Positions 51,399 to 64,000 of a DNA stretch of 64,000 nt are shown piece after piece (positions within the stretch are counted from its first letter, which is position 1; every line of letters starts with the position of its first letter). This stretch comes from Vicugna vicugna (lineage: Eukaryota): the NCBI GenBank assembly GCA_013265495.1, contig MU058687.1, positions 1,054,001 to 1,118,000 of the forward strand, in the 5' to 3' direction. A model generated the notes under the pieces. The model ran no database searches. It was not told the DNA's origin and worked only from the letters and a program-made list of their open reading frames with translations. A program made the translations under genes and the position numbers.

Positions 51399-53092
51399 TT
51401 GCCCCAGACATTTGCATTTTTGTGGAGGCTTAGATTATTTCTGGGATGGATTGGTGAGAGGTAGGCGACTCTTAAAATTTTGCATGTTGCACTTGATTGC
51501 CACGTGGGTACCCAGATGCTCAAGGTTGGTAGGAACAAATGAGGGGAGATCACCTCCTATGAGCAGTGGTCTCTGAGGGTGAGTGGACAGGGTTGGGAGC
51601 TAATCTGCATTGACTACATGTGACAGGCACAGTGGTGTCCATGCTTAGCCTCAGCCTGCTTCTTCCACAGTCCCTGCCCGCTGATCTTGCTTACAGTGAT
51701 ATCTCTGTATGGAGGTCTGTCACAGGAACAGAGCGGCTCCCAGAGGGTAGAGCTAGAGCCAGTAGGTGGAAAAAACTTGGGTTCAATGAAAGGAAGAATT
51801 TTAGAATGATCAGATCTGGGGCATGGGGCTAGATGCTTTTAATTTCTGTAGTAAACCTACAAAGGAAGTATACTTAGCCCCATTGTTATCAAATAGAGAC
51901 TATAAGCCCCTTAAGGGCGGGGCCACAGTATTCTAAACTCAGGGGCTAGCAAAGCACCAGATGTGCAGTGTTTATTGCATGAATGAGGCCCAGAAGTTCC
52001 AGATGCAATTTGCACTTTGCACAGCAGTTAGAGGTGGTCTGGCCTAACTTGGAATGTAGCAGAAGGGACGCAGACTCTGGCCAGGTCCTGTCATTTACGT
52101 CTTTCAATTCCAGTCTTCTCAGGAACCATCTGTTTAAGGGGTCACTGTGAAGATTAGTATTCCCCTCTCACCCCTACAAGGAACATGCCCCTCTTCCAAG
52201 ACTTTTCCTGTTTTGTTTCCCAGAGAGCCCAGTGTCAGCTGCATGCCAGCATTTTCCTGTGGGCTCCCAGCTGTTCTGCAGGATGCAGGCTGCCGTGCTG
52301 TTCACGACCAGCCCTGCTTTCTATTTCGTAGCAGGTTCCAAGCTCACTCTTGATTACGATGGCACTTTCTCTGGGGGAACCTTCCCATCTCCCCATTCTG
52401 GCAGGACCCCTCTCGATACATTCATGAAGCATGGACACCGTTGGTAACAGCTGGATTTATTGGAGTGAGGGTGGAGGGATATGAGCAAACCCCAGGGAAA
52501 GCCAGGACTGTACAAAGCTGCACTTCCCCATGACCCCTTTGCCCCAGACTACTCCTGAGGACCGGAGAAGTGTGGCCTCCCCACAACACAGGTCCTACCC
52601 TCAGGCAGAGCTGGGCCTTTGCAGCCAGACTGGAGAGTGGCGTCAGAGGCGCCACCTGGTGGTCTTGGAGACACACCAGAGGGAAGGAGTTGGGGGCAGA
52701 GGTTCAAGGAAGTTTAGTTGCCACACCCAAGTGACAGGTTGAGTCCTGATGAAGAAGAGGGACCCCAAATCTCTGAAGGGGATTGTTTTTTGGGGGTAAC
52801 TACTTACCCCAGTTCTTGAGAGACCAGAAACATCTTGTTTCTGGCTAAAAGTTTGGACAGTCATTCCATGTGTTTGTTTTGTGGTTTCACTTCAAAAGGA
52901 GATGAAGTCACAGTGGGCACTGGATTGAGTTGGGCCCTCAAGACTAAAATGCAAAATGGTAAACAGGACGAATGTCCAAGAAGGGAATCCTAATGAGTAC
53001 AATTTGTCTTTAAGCAGCTTCAGGCTGGAGCCTGAATTGTGTCCCCTCAGACCCATGGGGCAGTTTTCCTTTCCACACTAGAGGGCTAGCTC

Positions 53093-53098
53093 TTTATT
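53093..53098 (-). terminator. RPS6KL1: Candidate RPS6KL1 proximal polyadenylation signal (AATAAA)
   Basis: First minus-strand AATAAA I noticed, ~800 nt after the stop codon. Confidence 0.55.
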
Positions 53099-53891
53099 TC
53101 CAAAACTTCTGTAAGGGGCAGAGCTGTGCCTTCCTCCCTCCCCCGACTCCTCCTTATCCTTATTTTCCTCCCCTCCCTTCCTTTGCTCTCTAAAGTCTGC
53201 AGTCACAAGATGATAAGGGTCATGGTCAGGAGTTGAGAGTGGGCCATCCTGCTCCCTGCCTCCCCCCATGCTCACTACAGACTTCTTCCCTGCTTCCTCA
53301 GCCTCCCAACCCCCTGCAGGAATGGCCTCTGGTGGGAGAGGCCCACTAGCTGCTTGGCTAAGATGACCAGCCAGGGAAGCCCTGGTTTGGGTCCACTGAG
53401 CCAGTGGACTAGTATCCTGAGATGAGTCTCCAGAGGTATCCTGAGTGGGGCACATGGCAGATAAGGAGTCACAAAACCTCACGGCTCAGCAGGTGGTCAG
53501 CAGCTCAGAGCCAATATGATGGAAGGCACCTTTAGCACGGTTGGTCCATGTTCAGGGTACAGGGTGTGCACTCAGCAGGCGAATGTTGACTGATGGGTGA
53601 AGGATGGATGGGCGGATGGGAGCCTGCCAACCAAGCTGACATCTCTGTCCCTCCTCCTCAGCACCAACAAGAAATGGCTTCTCCAAGAACTGGCTGTGGA
53701 CTCTGTAGGCCCTCCCTGGGCTGTAGCAATGAGCCCTCTGAGGCCCAACGGAGAAGCCTTGACTGGGAGAGGCAGCTGCCTTGAGTTTTTTGCCCGAGGG
53801 CCGCTGATTTAGAGGGGCCAGCTCGAGGTGGCAGGTGAAGAGAAGAGATCCAGACCAGTCCAGCTGCTTCCATCGCCTACTCCACCCCCTT

Positions 53892-54002
53892 CTACCCCAC
53901 CAGTTTGCTCCACTGGATGGTACTGAAAAAGGGATGGGACTTTAGTTTGTTGACACCACCTCCTCCAGCGCCCAGGCGCCGGGTAGGATCAAACTGCAGC
54001 AG
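53892..54002 (-). CDS. RPS6KL1: RPS6KL1 last coding exon ([36 protein letters not shown])
   Basis: gcag acceptor; TAG at 53894-53892. Confidence 0.94.
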   Translation of the reverse strand: MLQFDPTRRLGAGGGGVNKLKSHPFFSTIQWSKLVG

Positions 54003-57000
54003 CTGCAGAGAAAGGTCCAATCAGTACTCTGGGCAGGCCTTCCCCGTCCCATTGCTCCCTGCCAGCCTGGCCCACAGACCCTCAGTGTTACCCTGGGGGA
54101 CACTGATGTTTGTCCACCAACATATAGAAGTTTGTTGTCCCTATTGCCCGCCTGTGCCCACATCAGATACCCAGTACACAGCATGGCTTGTTCACACACG
54201 GGGTTCTGCCCTCCCTTCTGTCCACCCTCAGGCCAAGAAGCCGCCTCCTCCTAGCTGGCTGCACCTCACCTCAGTTAGCAGGGAGGCCGCGTGGCGACTG
54301 AGCCACTTGGGCAGCTGGAGTTGGGTGTGGGGCTGGATTCCCGAGGGGTGGCTCTGAGACAGTGCCTGGGAAGACACAAGGAAGCGCCCTGAGGAGGCAA
54401 TCCCAGGGAAGCCTGTACTCTCCCGCAGCGGCCAGGATTTCATTTTTCCCCTGTGTCACACGCAAGGGGATGATGGGGATGATGATCGTTGCCTTTTGCT
54501 TTGGACCTACCGCATGCCAGGCTGATGCTTGATACCCATGATCCATAATTTCCACACCTTTCAGAGTAAGTATTAACATCCCCATTTTAAAGACAAGAAG
54601 GCTCAGAGAGGTCGAGGGATTTGTGCTGAGTTCAGGGTTTGAACCCAGGTCCCTCTGGCTCCCAGCTTGCTAGAAGCATTGATCTTGGGTTGCAATCAGG
54701 AAAGGCCCTCTATCAGGAACAGCACTGAAACTTACCTCCTTCCAGAAGAAAAATCTCCACGGGCTACTCATTTGACATGGTACTGTCAGGGCCAAGGCAG
54801 GGCTGTGGCGAGGGAAGACAGGGCCTCTCTGCACTCCAGAAGGGTGCAGCTTGGGGGAGCAGAGAGGTCTGTCTGGAGGTCAGGAATAGGAGCAAGAAGC
54901 AACTGGGAGGAGGGTCAGGAGCCCTGGGCTGGAGAGGTGGTGGGAGGCCATGTGGAGAGAAACTCTGTGGGGCTGTTTTCAGCCAGGGCTCTCAGAGGCC
55001 CTGGCTATGGGACCAAAGCAAGAGGGAGCCAGGATGGCCTGGTCATACTGCATCCACTTGGGGCATTTCCTGCTCTAATGCAGTTTGGCCTCTCCTTGCC
55101 ACCTGACCTAACCAGCCCCAGGTGCAGTGCTGAACTCTTGGGGAAGGACAGAGGGCAGAGGCTGCTATCATGAACAAGGGTGCTTGCAAAGGGAACCTTC
55201 AGCTCTTGGGTGACCCAGGCTGGACAGGGCAGCTGCTGATCTGGGATGAAGGAGGCCCTCTGTCTGGTCTTCCAGCCAAAGTTGGGGGGGGGGTTGCAGC
55301 TCTGAAGTGGGTGGATGGGGGAGTGAGCAGTGGGAGAGGAGGCTCGGGGGATGATCCAGTGGCCTTCCAAGTAGAAGGGCTGTCAGATTCCATCCTCTCT
55401 CCAGATCTCGGCCCAGCTGCTCTCTTCCAGAAACCTTCCCTGACCATTCCAGCTCAATTCTCATTCATACAAGGTGACAGTCTCACTAGCTATAGCCACT
55501 GGTCTGGTGGAGGTGTGGCCTGGGTATACATGGCCTGAGTGGGAGTGGCTTCCTCTGTGTCTCATGGCTAGAGGGAGGAGGGCAACTGTGCTGGCAGGAC
55601 ATTGGGCCCAAGAGCCAGGTCTTGGAAAACCAGGCAGGCTCAGCCCCAGCACTGCCTAGTTGGACTAAACCCAGCCCATCCTACGCTTAGTGACACCCAT
55701 CAGGCTACACACCCTGCCTCACTACTCACCATTCCAGTCAGCAGTTCATACAGTAGAGACCCAAAGCTCCACCAGTCACAGGCTTCAGTCAGCTCAGAAA
55801 TCCCACCCACCTCTGTGGGAACAAGAACGCACATGTCCCAGGCTTGCCCTGGAGGGCAGGTCTCCCCGCTACTCATCTTACCCAGATGCGGCCCATTTCC
55901 TCGGTCATCCTCAGTTCCCCGGCTCAACCCACACAAAGACACCCAAGGTCTGCCCTCCCACCCGGCTCCCTTCTTGCCTGGGGCACTGTAGAGGTTGTCG
56001 AGGGCCTCCCTGCAGCACTGGGGCTCCACCTCTGACCACTGGCCAAAATACGTGAGTCGGATGTGACCTTGTCATCCAGTGTGTACAGGGAGGGATAAGA
56101 GGGGACAAAACTTGCAATTAGTCATCTCTGATCTGCTGGCATGGGGCAGGGGACTCCGGCACTTCTCCCAACAGCCACAAGGCAGGCCAGCGGTCGTGCT
56201 GGGCTGAGCCTCCCTAGGGGCATGAGCCTCCCTAGGGGCATGTGCCCCAGCCTCAGGCCCTGTGAACTCATGAGGGGAAGGGGTTTGTTTCCCAAGCTCA
56301 ACCTTGGCCAGCCAGACTCTGCAGAGTCCTTCCTGAAAAGGCTGGGGGGAGGCAGGGGAAGAAGCAGATAACCCCTGCCTCTTCTTGACTTTGGGAAACT
56401 CATTCTCTGTCTTGAAGCTCAGGGGCCTCCCACCTGAGGGGTGGGGTGGCATGAGGGCGACCCCTCCTCCCCCGCAGGCCCGGGGCTCCTACCTGCCTGG
56501 TCCAGGAGTAGGTTCCGGGGATTGAGGTCCCGGCACAGCACCCCCTGCTCGTGCAGCGCCTCCAGTGCCACCAGTGTCTCAGCCGCCCACTGCTTCACCT
56601 GCTCTTCCCTCACACTCCAGGCGCCACCGCCGGACACTGGGCTGGCCCCATCGGCCGAGGGGCGGCTCTCACCTCTGCCTCGGCCACAACCCCCCAGCAC
56701 CCGGCCAGCCCCTGCGCGAACCCAAGGGATCCCCCAAGCGGACCCTGTGTCCGAGCTTTGGCCAGGTCCCCGCCTGGCTTGGGGGTGCAGGTGGCCACTT
56801 GGAGCCTTTGGAAGGTCCGAGGAATGGGAAGGGCTGGTCCTGGCTGAGAGTTCACCTTCAGCCTCTCTCTGGGGTCTGAGGGATGCAGGCCCCCTGGCTG
56901 GGGTGAGGCTCTGAGAAGTCCGTGAAGGCATCAGGGGGATTTCATCCTGCTGGCGGGTGTGGCCCTGGGGGAACCGCACTGGGGTCCGGAGGCTGAGGCG

Positions 57001-58462
57001 GGAGTTGAGCTGAGCCTTCATCCTCTCCAGGCTGGAGCCAGAGCTAGTCCCAGACTGCTGGGGGTGCAGCTGGGAGAGCAGGTGGGACCAGAGAGTGCCT
57101 CCTGGGCCGTGCAGCAGGAGCAGCAAGCATGGGGACAGGGGAGAAAAAGAATGTGGACACCAGGTCCCTGTCCTGTGCCTTTGTCTGTCTTGGGCATGGA
57201 CGCTCCACTTTCCAAGTCCTCATTCTGGTTCCTCCTTCCCTCAGCCTAGAACGCCCTCTCCTCTCCTCCTCCTGGCTCATCTAAAGGGGACTCAGCCTCA
57301 ACCTGGCACAAAATAGGTGCTTAACCCCTAAGGAGATATAAATTATTGTTAATGTCCTCAGTCTGGGTGGTGGGTTCACCAGTGTTCATTACAATTTTTT
57401 TTTTTAGGGAGAAAAGTGTAATGAAATTTAAGTAAGTAAAATAAAAGACCAGGCATGGACCCATGATGTTGTATGCAGTGACCCAGGGAGGTGTACGTCA
57501 TTAAAAAAAAAAATCATAGGTGATCAATTAATATCTGCTAAGTGACCCAGTTCCTGTCCTTACAGCTTCAGCACCACCATCCCATGTGGCCACTCTGAAG
57601 GGTGGGCACAGACTAGAAAAGTGAAAAGAGCCAAGACAGGAGGAGGGGTGACAAAGGGGACATCTGTATAAGTGCCCTCTCACTCGCCCTCTCACTCACC
57701 CAAAATGTGAACATCCTCCCATGATGTCCCCCACCCTCTGGCACCACACAAAGACCCACAACAGCCTTGTCCTCCCTCGTCCTCCAGAAAGGCTGGGTCC
57801 CCTGGTCTCTGCTGCACACCTGGCCTTGGCATTTTAAAAAGATGAGACAAGACAATATCCCAAAGGCCTGAGGAGCTGACAGGTGTCCCCTTGGGCTCCC
57901 TTACCTTGCACATGCTCCAGGTGCAGGAAGATGGAGTCCTCGCTCACAAAATACCGCAGCAGCTTGGTCATGTAGGGGACGCCATGCGGGATGATGGTCA
58001 GTCGCTCCCGGCTCGTCACAGGGCACCTGGACAGGCTCTGGGGAGAGGGGAGGGCAGACAAGTCAGGTGGGGACTGGCCAGAGGCTACTCTGCTCTTTAG
58101 GGGCAACCGGATGAGGAGCAGCTGCCTCCCCCCAGTCCTTGACCTGGCCCTCCACCCTCTTTCCACCATGGAAGGCAGGTCCTCCCCGCAGGCCAAGGGT
58201 GAGACAGACTGGGTTTGGGGGGTGGGGTGGGGGGAGGGAAAGGGGAAGGCCAGGTACATGCTCAGGGGCAGAACAAGCAGCTACTGGATTTGGAGGGAGG
58301 GTGGGCTTCAGATGCAGGTTCTGGGTAGGGGTTCCCCACAGGGTAGAGGTTTCCAAGAGCTCTGAGAAAGTCCCAAGGGGAATGGAGAATGGCAGGGAGT
58401 TGGGCGCCACCTGCCTTCACCACGAAGGTCCCTCCAGTCGCTGGGTCCTGGACTAGCTGCAC
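53892..58462 (-). CDS. RPS6KL1: Ribosomal protein S6 kinase-like 1, partial (last 7 coding exons; 5' exons outside the window)
   Basis: [58 protein letters not shown]...[51 protein letters not shown]; phases join. Confidence 0.95.
54270..54365 (-). CDS. RPS6KL1: RPS6KL1 exon ([32 protein letters not shown])
   Basis: ccag acceptor, GAG|GTGAGG donor; 96 nt. Confidence 0.94.
55730..55812 (-). CDS. RPS6KL1: RPS6KL1 exon ([27 protein letters not shown])
   Basis: acag acceptor, ATG|GTGAGT donor; 83 nt. Confidence 0.94.
55978..56067 (-). CDS. RPS6KL1: RPS6KL1 exon ([29 protein letters not shown]), GC donor
   Basis: caag acceptor; CAG|GCAAGA donor; 90 nt. Confidence 0.88.
56493..57101 (-). CDS. 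RPS6KL1: RPS6KL1 large exon (GTLWSHLL...LLLDQA)
   Basis: ORF 56419..57126; ccag acceptor, G|GTAGG donor; 609 nt. Confidence 0.93.
57905..58037 (-). CDS. RPS6KL1: RPS6KL1 exon (SLSRCPVT...LEHVQ)
   Basis: ccag acceptor, G|GTAAG donor; 133 nt. Confidence 0.93.
58415..58462 (-). CDS. RPS6KL1: RPS6KL1 exon ([16 protein letters not shown]), GC donor
   Basis: acag acceptor; AAG|GCAGGT donor needed for frame. Confidence 0.88.
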
Positions 58463-60434
58463 CTGTCAAGGTCCAGGAGGCAGTGGTCATGGCACATGCT
58501 AGCTCCCCAGGGCTCCACATCCCCAGCCCTAGCCCCCCAGGGTCCTCCACCAAAGCTGGGCAGGGAGGGCAGGCTTTGGTGGTGCAGAGTATGCCTCCCG
58601 CCACCAAGCTGACCTTGATGCTGTCCTGTTCATCTCTTCTGACTAGACCTGCAGCTCTTAGCTTGCAGGCCACCTCCTTCAGGAAGCCTTTCCAATCCTC
58701 AGGTTGATGTGGGACCCCTATCACACTGTTCTAATTCCCTGTCTCCCATTGGGCTGTGAGCTCCATGAGAGCAGGGACCACGCTGTCCAGCTCTGAACTC
58801 CCAGAACGCTGCACAGCAAGTGGAGATAGTAGGTGCTTCCCATACGTGTGGTGGTGGTCCATCCTGCAGGGTCTGGGGGAGTCACAGCTGGAAGGGACCT
58901 CAGAGCCAGTCACCTTCTCTGATCTCTTATTTTACAGGTGAAGAAGCTGAGGCTCTGAGAGTGTGGCCCCAGGTCACCTAGAAGCCCAATTGTGTCCAGG
59001 ACCATGTGAGCTTGGCATGTGCCTTCAAATCTCATCCCCTGCCCCAAATCTTTTTTTTTAAATAGTGTTGCTCTCCGGAGGTTGTCTTGGGAGAGCAGCT
59101 ACTCCTTCTCCTGTTGGTTTCACTTGGAGACAGCAGTCTGCCAATCTGTGGGTCAGAGCCTTGTTGGAGTTTGGCCCTAGATTCATCTCTGTAGAGGGCA
59201 GGGATGGACCCCAGCCATAGGAGAGAAAGTACCAGACATGCCAGGCATGTCAGGGCTGGAAGGCAGAAGATTTGGCCCAGATGAGGGGCATGTGGGGGCA
59301 AGACCAGCATCTTGGTGTTGAGACTTCTCAACCATCAGCCAGCCTTTTACATATTCCCCATGGTAGCAGGTGGGAGCCAGACCCTGAGGCCAGGCCACTG
59401 GGCAATGATGAAGCCTGCAGCCTAGGATTGGGGTTTAGATCTCAAGTGAGTGAAGTGATTTACTCATCTACCAAACAGGAATTACAAATGCCCACCCTCT
59501 ATTACCACTGGTTTGTTGAGGCCACACATGGGAAGGCCCTTTGGGAATGGGAAGGTGTGGAAATGTCAGTTATCACATTTGCCAAGTCATATGGCTGCTC
59601 TGAACGTTTTTCTCCTTAACTGCAAAATGGGTCATAGCAGGACCTCCTTCGGAAGGTCATTAGGACCCTACTGAAACAGACAACTCACATATAGCAGCAG
59701 TCTGTGCCTGCCCCATTACATGCTCTCAACAGTCTATAGTGATGACTATGAACACCATCATACGGGAAACCCACATTGGCTATCTAGCACGTATCATGCT
59801 AAGAGCTTTATATAGATTATGCAATTTTACTCCTACAGCCCTACCAGGTGAGTACTACTAGTGACCCATTTTACTGATAAATTGGGGTTCAGAGAGGTTA
59901 TGTTGCCTATGGTCCCCCTGCTAAAAGGTGGTAAAGCCAGGATTTGAATCCAGACAGGCTGATCCTGTAGTCCTGGAGACTTAACTGAAAATAGGGCCAC
60001 AAAATAGGTGACCTGGCACATGCCTTCCCTCTGGCCTCAGTTTCCCTGCCATCTGGGTAATGAAGGTGGTGGACTAGTTGAGCACGGAGTCCGCTGCAGG
60101 AGTGAGGCATCCCTTTTGACCACCAGAGGTCTCTCCTCCAACAGCCAGGGACAGAGCCCAGCCTGGCCCCAGGAACTTGGCCAAATTTGTGCAATGTTTG
60201 AAAAAGAGAGGAAGAAAGCCCTGGGGTCATTTAGGATAACACAGATTCCCACAAGTCCTGACACCTCGGATAATTCCCCACTGTCTCTTGCCAAGTGGGA
60301 TTCCCCACCACCTTGTCCTGGGCAAGGCTTCTCATTTACAGAATACAAAAAACCAGAAGTGAGGATCGGGGAAGCCAGAAAATGAAACTTGATCAGTACA
60401 TTGAAACAAGTGTGTTGAAAAGAAAAGAAAAGAA

Positions 60435-60478
<44 letters not shown>
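60435..60478. repeat. (TA)n(CA)n compound microsatellite
   Basis: Directly visible. Confidence 0.9.
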
Positions 60479-60742
60479 CTATCAAGAAAGAATTGGACCA
60501 AATCATTAACTGATTATCTTGCAGTTAGGTAGGATGATGGGAATTTTTTTTTTAACTCCTTTCTCTTTCATCATGTTTCAAAAGGGTAGCAGAGGGGGCA
60601 TTTTCTCATTAAACTAAGCAAACAAAAAATCCCCTTTTTCTTTTGATCTGTGCTATGAGGGACAGAGCACTAGCTTGTCACTTAACCTCTATGAACCTCA
60701 GTTTCATTCTCTGGGTTTTACTGTAAGGCAATGATTAAAATG

Positions 60743-60929
60743 CAGCATTGTCCAGTAGAGTTTTCTGCCACGATGGAAATATTATATATATATCTGTGCT
60801 GTCCAGTACAGAAGCCATTAGCCACATGTGGCTATTAAGCCCGTGAAATGTGGCTGGTGCCACTGAGAAACAGAAAACTTCATTTAAATAGTCTTATGTG
60901 GCTAGTGACTACGGTATTGGACTGCACAG
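60743..60929. mobile_element. MER3-like hAT DNA transposon
   Basis: cagcattgtcca...tagccacatgtggcta...gtggctagtgactacggtattggactgcacag. Confidence 0.8.
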
Positions 60930-60995
60930 TATAATGCTTTTTTTTTTTCCAGAGCAGGTTTAATACAACAGCTTTGCAAACAAGAACAGGACTTA

Positions 60996-62526
60996 TGACA
61001 CAAAAATAGACATATGGATCAGTGGAACAGAACAGAGAGCCCAGAAATAAACCCACACACCTATGGTCAATTAATCTTCAACAAAGGAGCTAAGAATATA
61101 CAATGGAGAAAAGACAGCCTCTTCAGCAAGTGGTGTTGGGAAAGCTGGACAGTCACATGTAAATCAATGAAGTTAGAACACTCCCTCACACCATACACAA
61201 AAATAAACTCAAATGGCTTTAAAGACTTAAACACAAGATAAGACACCATAAATCTCCTAGAAGAGAACACAGGCAAAACATTCTCTGACATAAATCATGA
61301 CAATGTTTTCCTAGATCAGTCTATCAAGGCAATACAAATACAAGCAAAAATTAACAAATGGTACCTAATCAAGCTTATAAGCTTTTGCACAGCACAGGAA
61401 AACATAAACAAAATGAAAAGACAACCTACAGACTGGGGAAAGATATTTGCAAATGATGTGACCAACAAGGGCTTAATTTCCAGGATATACAAACAGCTCA
61501 TACAACTCAATAACAACAACAACAAAAACAAAAACCACAACCAAAAAAACGAGAAGACCTAAACAAACATTTCTCCAATGAAGATGTACAGATGGCCAAT
61601 AGGCACATGAAAAAATGCTCAATATCACTAATTATCAGAGAGATGCAAATCAAAACTATAATGAGGATCACCTCACACCAGTCAGAATGGCCATCATTCA
61701 CCACAAACGATAATTGCTGGAGAGGCTGTGGAGAAAAGGGAACCCTCCTACACTGGTGGTGGGAATGTAGTTTGGTGCAGCCACTGTGGAAAATTGTATG
61801 GAGATTTCTCAAAAAACTAAAAATAGGGTTACCATATGACCCAGCAATCCTACTCCTGGGCATATCCAGAGGGAACTCTAATTCAAAAAGATACATGCAC
61901 CCCAATGTTCATAGCAGCACTATGTACAATATCCAATACATGAAACCAACCTAAATGTCCGTTGACAGAAGACTGGATAAAGATGTGGTACACACACACA
62001 CACACATACACAGGAATACTACTCAGCCATAAAAGTGAAATAATGCCATTTGCAGCAACATGGATAGACCTAGAGAATGATCATACTAAATGAAATAAGT
62101 CAAAGACAAATATTAGATGATATCACTTTTATGTGGAATCTAAAAAAAACGATACAAATGAACTTATTTATAAAACAGAAAGCGACTCACAGACATAGAA
62201 AACAATTTAAGGTTACAAAAGGGAAAGTTGGGAATAAATTAGGAGTTTGGGATTAGCAGACATAAACCACTGTATATGAAATAGATAAACAACAAGGTCC
62301 TACTGTATAGCACAGGGAACTACATTCAATATCTTGTAATAACCTATAATGAAAAAGTATATGAAAAAGAATGTAAATATATATGTACATATACATTTAT
62401 ATATATATATATATATAACTGAATCACTATGCTGTACACCAGAAACAAAACACAACATTGTAAATCAACCAAACTTCAGTAAAAATAAATACATACATTT
62501 AAACAATACCCTTAAAAAAAAAAAAA
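60996..62526 (+). mobile_element. 5'-truncated cetartiodactyl L1 (ORF2 C-terminus, 3' UTR, poly-A), antisense within an RPS6KL1 intron
   Basis: ORFs [24 protein letters not shown] and [26 protein letters not shown]; poly-A at ~62514-62526; degenerate TSD aagaacaggactta / aagaccgggcctta. Confidence 0.95.
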
Positions 62527-64000
62527 GACCGGGCCTTAACAAATATCAGGTAAGTACTGCTACGGGGAAGGTGGAAGGCAGTTCTGAGTACATGCTCTCA
62601 TCTTTTTAAAAGTGGAAATCTCTTTTTAAAAAATAAAACCCACTGAGTTCTCGGGACAATTAAAGCTTTGGTGAAACACATTAACATTTCCTTTTAAAAT
62701 GCCCAAAGTATCAAAGGCCAGGAGGAATCTCCTTTAGCAAACAAATCCAAAAGGTTCAAATAGGTTCTCAAGCACCAAGGCCCTCAGGAGCCAAGCATGT
62801 GAGCCAGTGCAGGACGGAGAGGGGCAGACGGAGGGCTGGTGCCCCATTAAAGCGGGCAGCCCCTCCTCTGCTCCCACTGACGCTCAGGTATGTGAGCCAG
62901 CATTTCCAGATCTTCTGATTTTCCAGCAGAAGCAGAAAATCTGGACTTCTCCATGAAACCTGCCAACTTTTAAATGCTGATAACTAATAATAATTAAAAA
63001 AAAAAAACACCCCTGTGTTTTTGAGCCAAAAAAATAAGAAGTTACTTGGCTGGCCTTCTCTTTCTTCCCCATCCCTGACTCAAGGCCCAACTCCTGGATG
63101 AAGCTCAGCAAATAGGCAGTGTTGTCTCCCAAGGCCCCCTAAGAGCAGACTCTGGCAGCCCAGCCAGCTGCCTGGCGAGTTCCTGACCCACCCACCTCAC
63201 TGTTCCCTGCCACCCCCTACCCCTGCCAGTATCTCTTCAGTCTAGAGAGACCCCCACTCCTCAGCCCCTCTAACCCTCACAATGGGGCATCTCTCAGGGC
63301 ACAAGGCTTCCTGAGCGGGCCCTTGCTCCTTCTGGGTCTGCAGGCTGCTGCAGGCTGACACTGCCATCCCGACTGCCTGGATCTGCCTGGGCAGAGCTCT
63401 GTAATGGAACACGGTGACATCCATCCAGACCTAGTTTTAGGGACTTGGGCCCAGTGGCCCTAACATCTCTCCTAATTTGGGGAGACTGGTGTTCCTGGCT
63501 TGGGAGTGAGACAAGCAAAGGAAGTGGGATTTCAGGAGGGAGGTGGAGTAGGTAAATTGAGTGTCCAAGAAAGTGTAAAAAAGGAAAGAGAAGACAGAAC
63601 GGTTGGTCTTGGCCTGAAGTTGCACTTCTCATGAGCACAGGCCTCAGAATATGGGATTCCAAAAATGTTTTGCACATGCGTGTCCTGGGGTTAAACAAAT
63701 CCAATTTCGGGGAATTCTGTCCTAGACCTCCCTCTTGGAGACTCGCTGTGTACATTTGCATCCTAAAAGCGTAAAAATTCCTATACTCTAAAAAAAAAAT
63801 GAGGTAATGTAACTTTAACTCACTGTTTCCCAAACTTTTTTGACCCAGAACCCCTCTCTCCATAACAACTATGGTTCAGTGGGATCCCACACGGGGAAAC
63901 AATGGTGGCTGTCACCTCCTTCGCCTGCCCATGGAAGCAGCCAAGCTACATGGACTTGTGCTGTGGGAGGGAAGGGCCGGGCAGATAGAAGCTGGCTGGG

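Noticed and set aside
56205..56242. 18-bp tandem duplication tgagcctccctaggggca x2
   Set aside because: Simple intronic slippage duplication; no spacers, so not CRISPR-like
63242..63863. Minus-strand ORFs as possible upstream RPS6KL1 exons
   Set aside because: Translations do not match the expected MIT-domain or GFSSLRLRP-type sequence; treated as intron

Overview
Mammalian genomic DNA, most likely camelid (tRNA-Ala-derived vic-1-type SINEs and cetartiodactyl L1 tails), from the conserved PROX2-DLST-RPS6KL1 block. It contains the complete PROX2 CDS (minus strand, 4 coding exons, 602 aa), the complete DLST gene (plus strand, CpG-island promoter, 15 exons, 455 aa) and the last 7 coding exons of RPS6KL1 (minus strand; upstream exons lie beyond the window). 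The rest is intronic or intergenic, with L1, L2, MIR, MER DNA transposons, one solo ERV1-type LTR, SINEs and a decayed 5S rRNA copy. I found no convincing novel biological system. The most notable signals are non-canonical splicing (a U12-type PROX2 intron that appears to read AT...AA, and two GC-AG introns in RPS6KL1) and several locally templated or composite insertions. Gene identities come from recognising the translated proteins and checking exon phases by hand. Repeat family names are from memory of consensus sequences and repeat boundaries are approximate.
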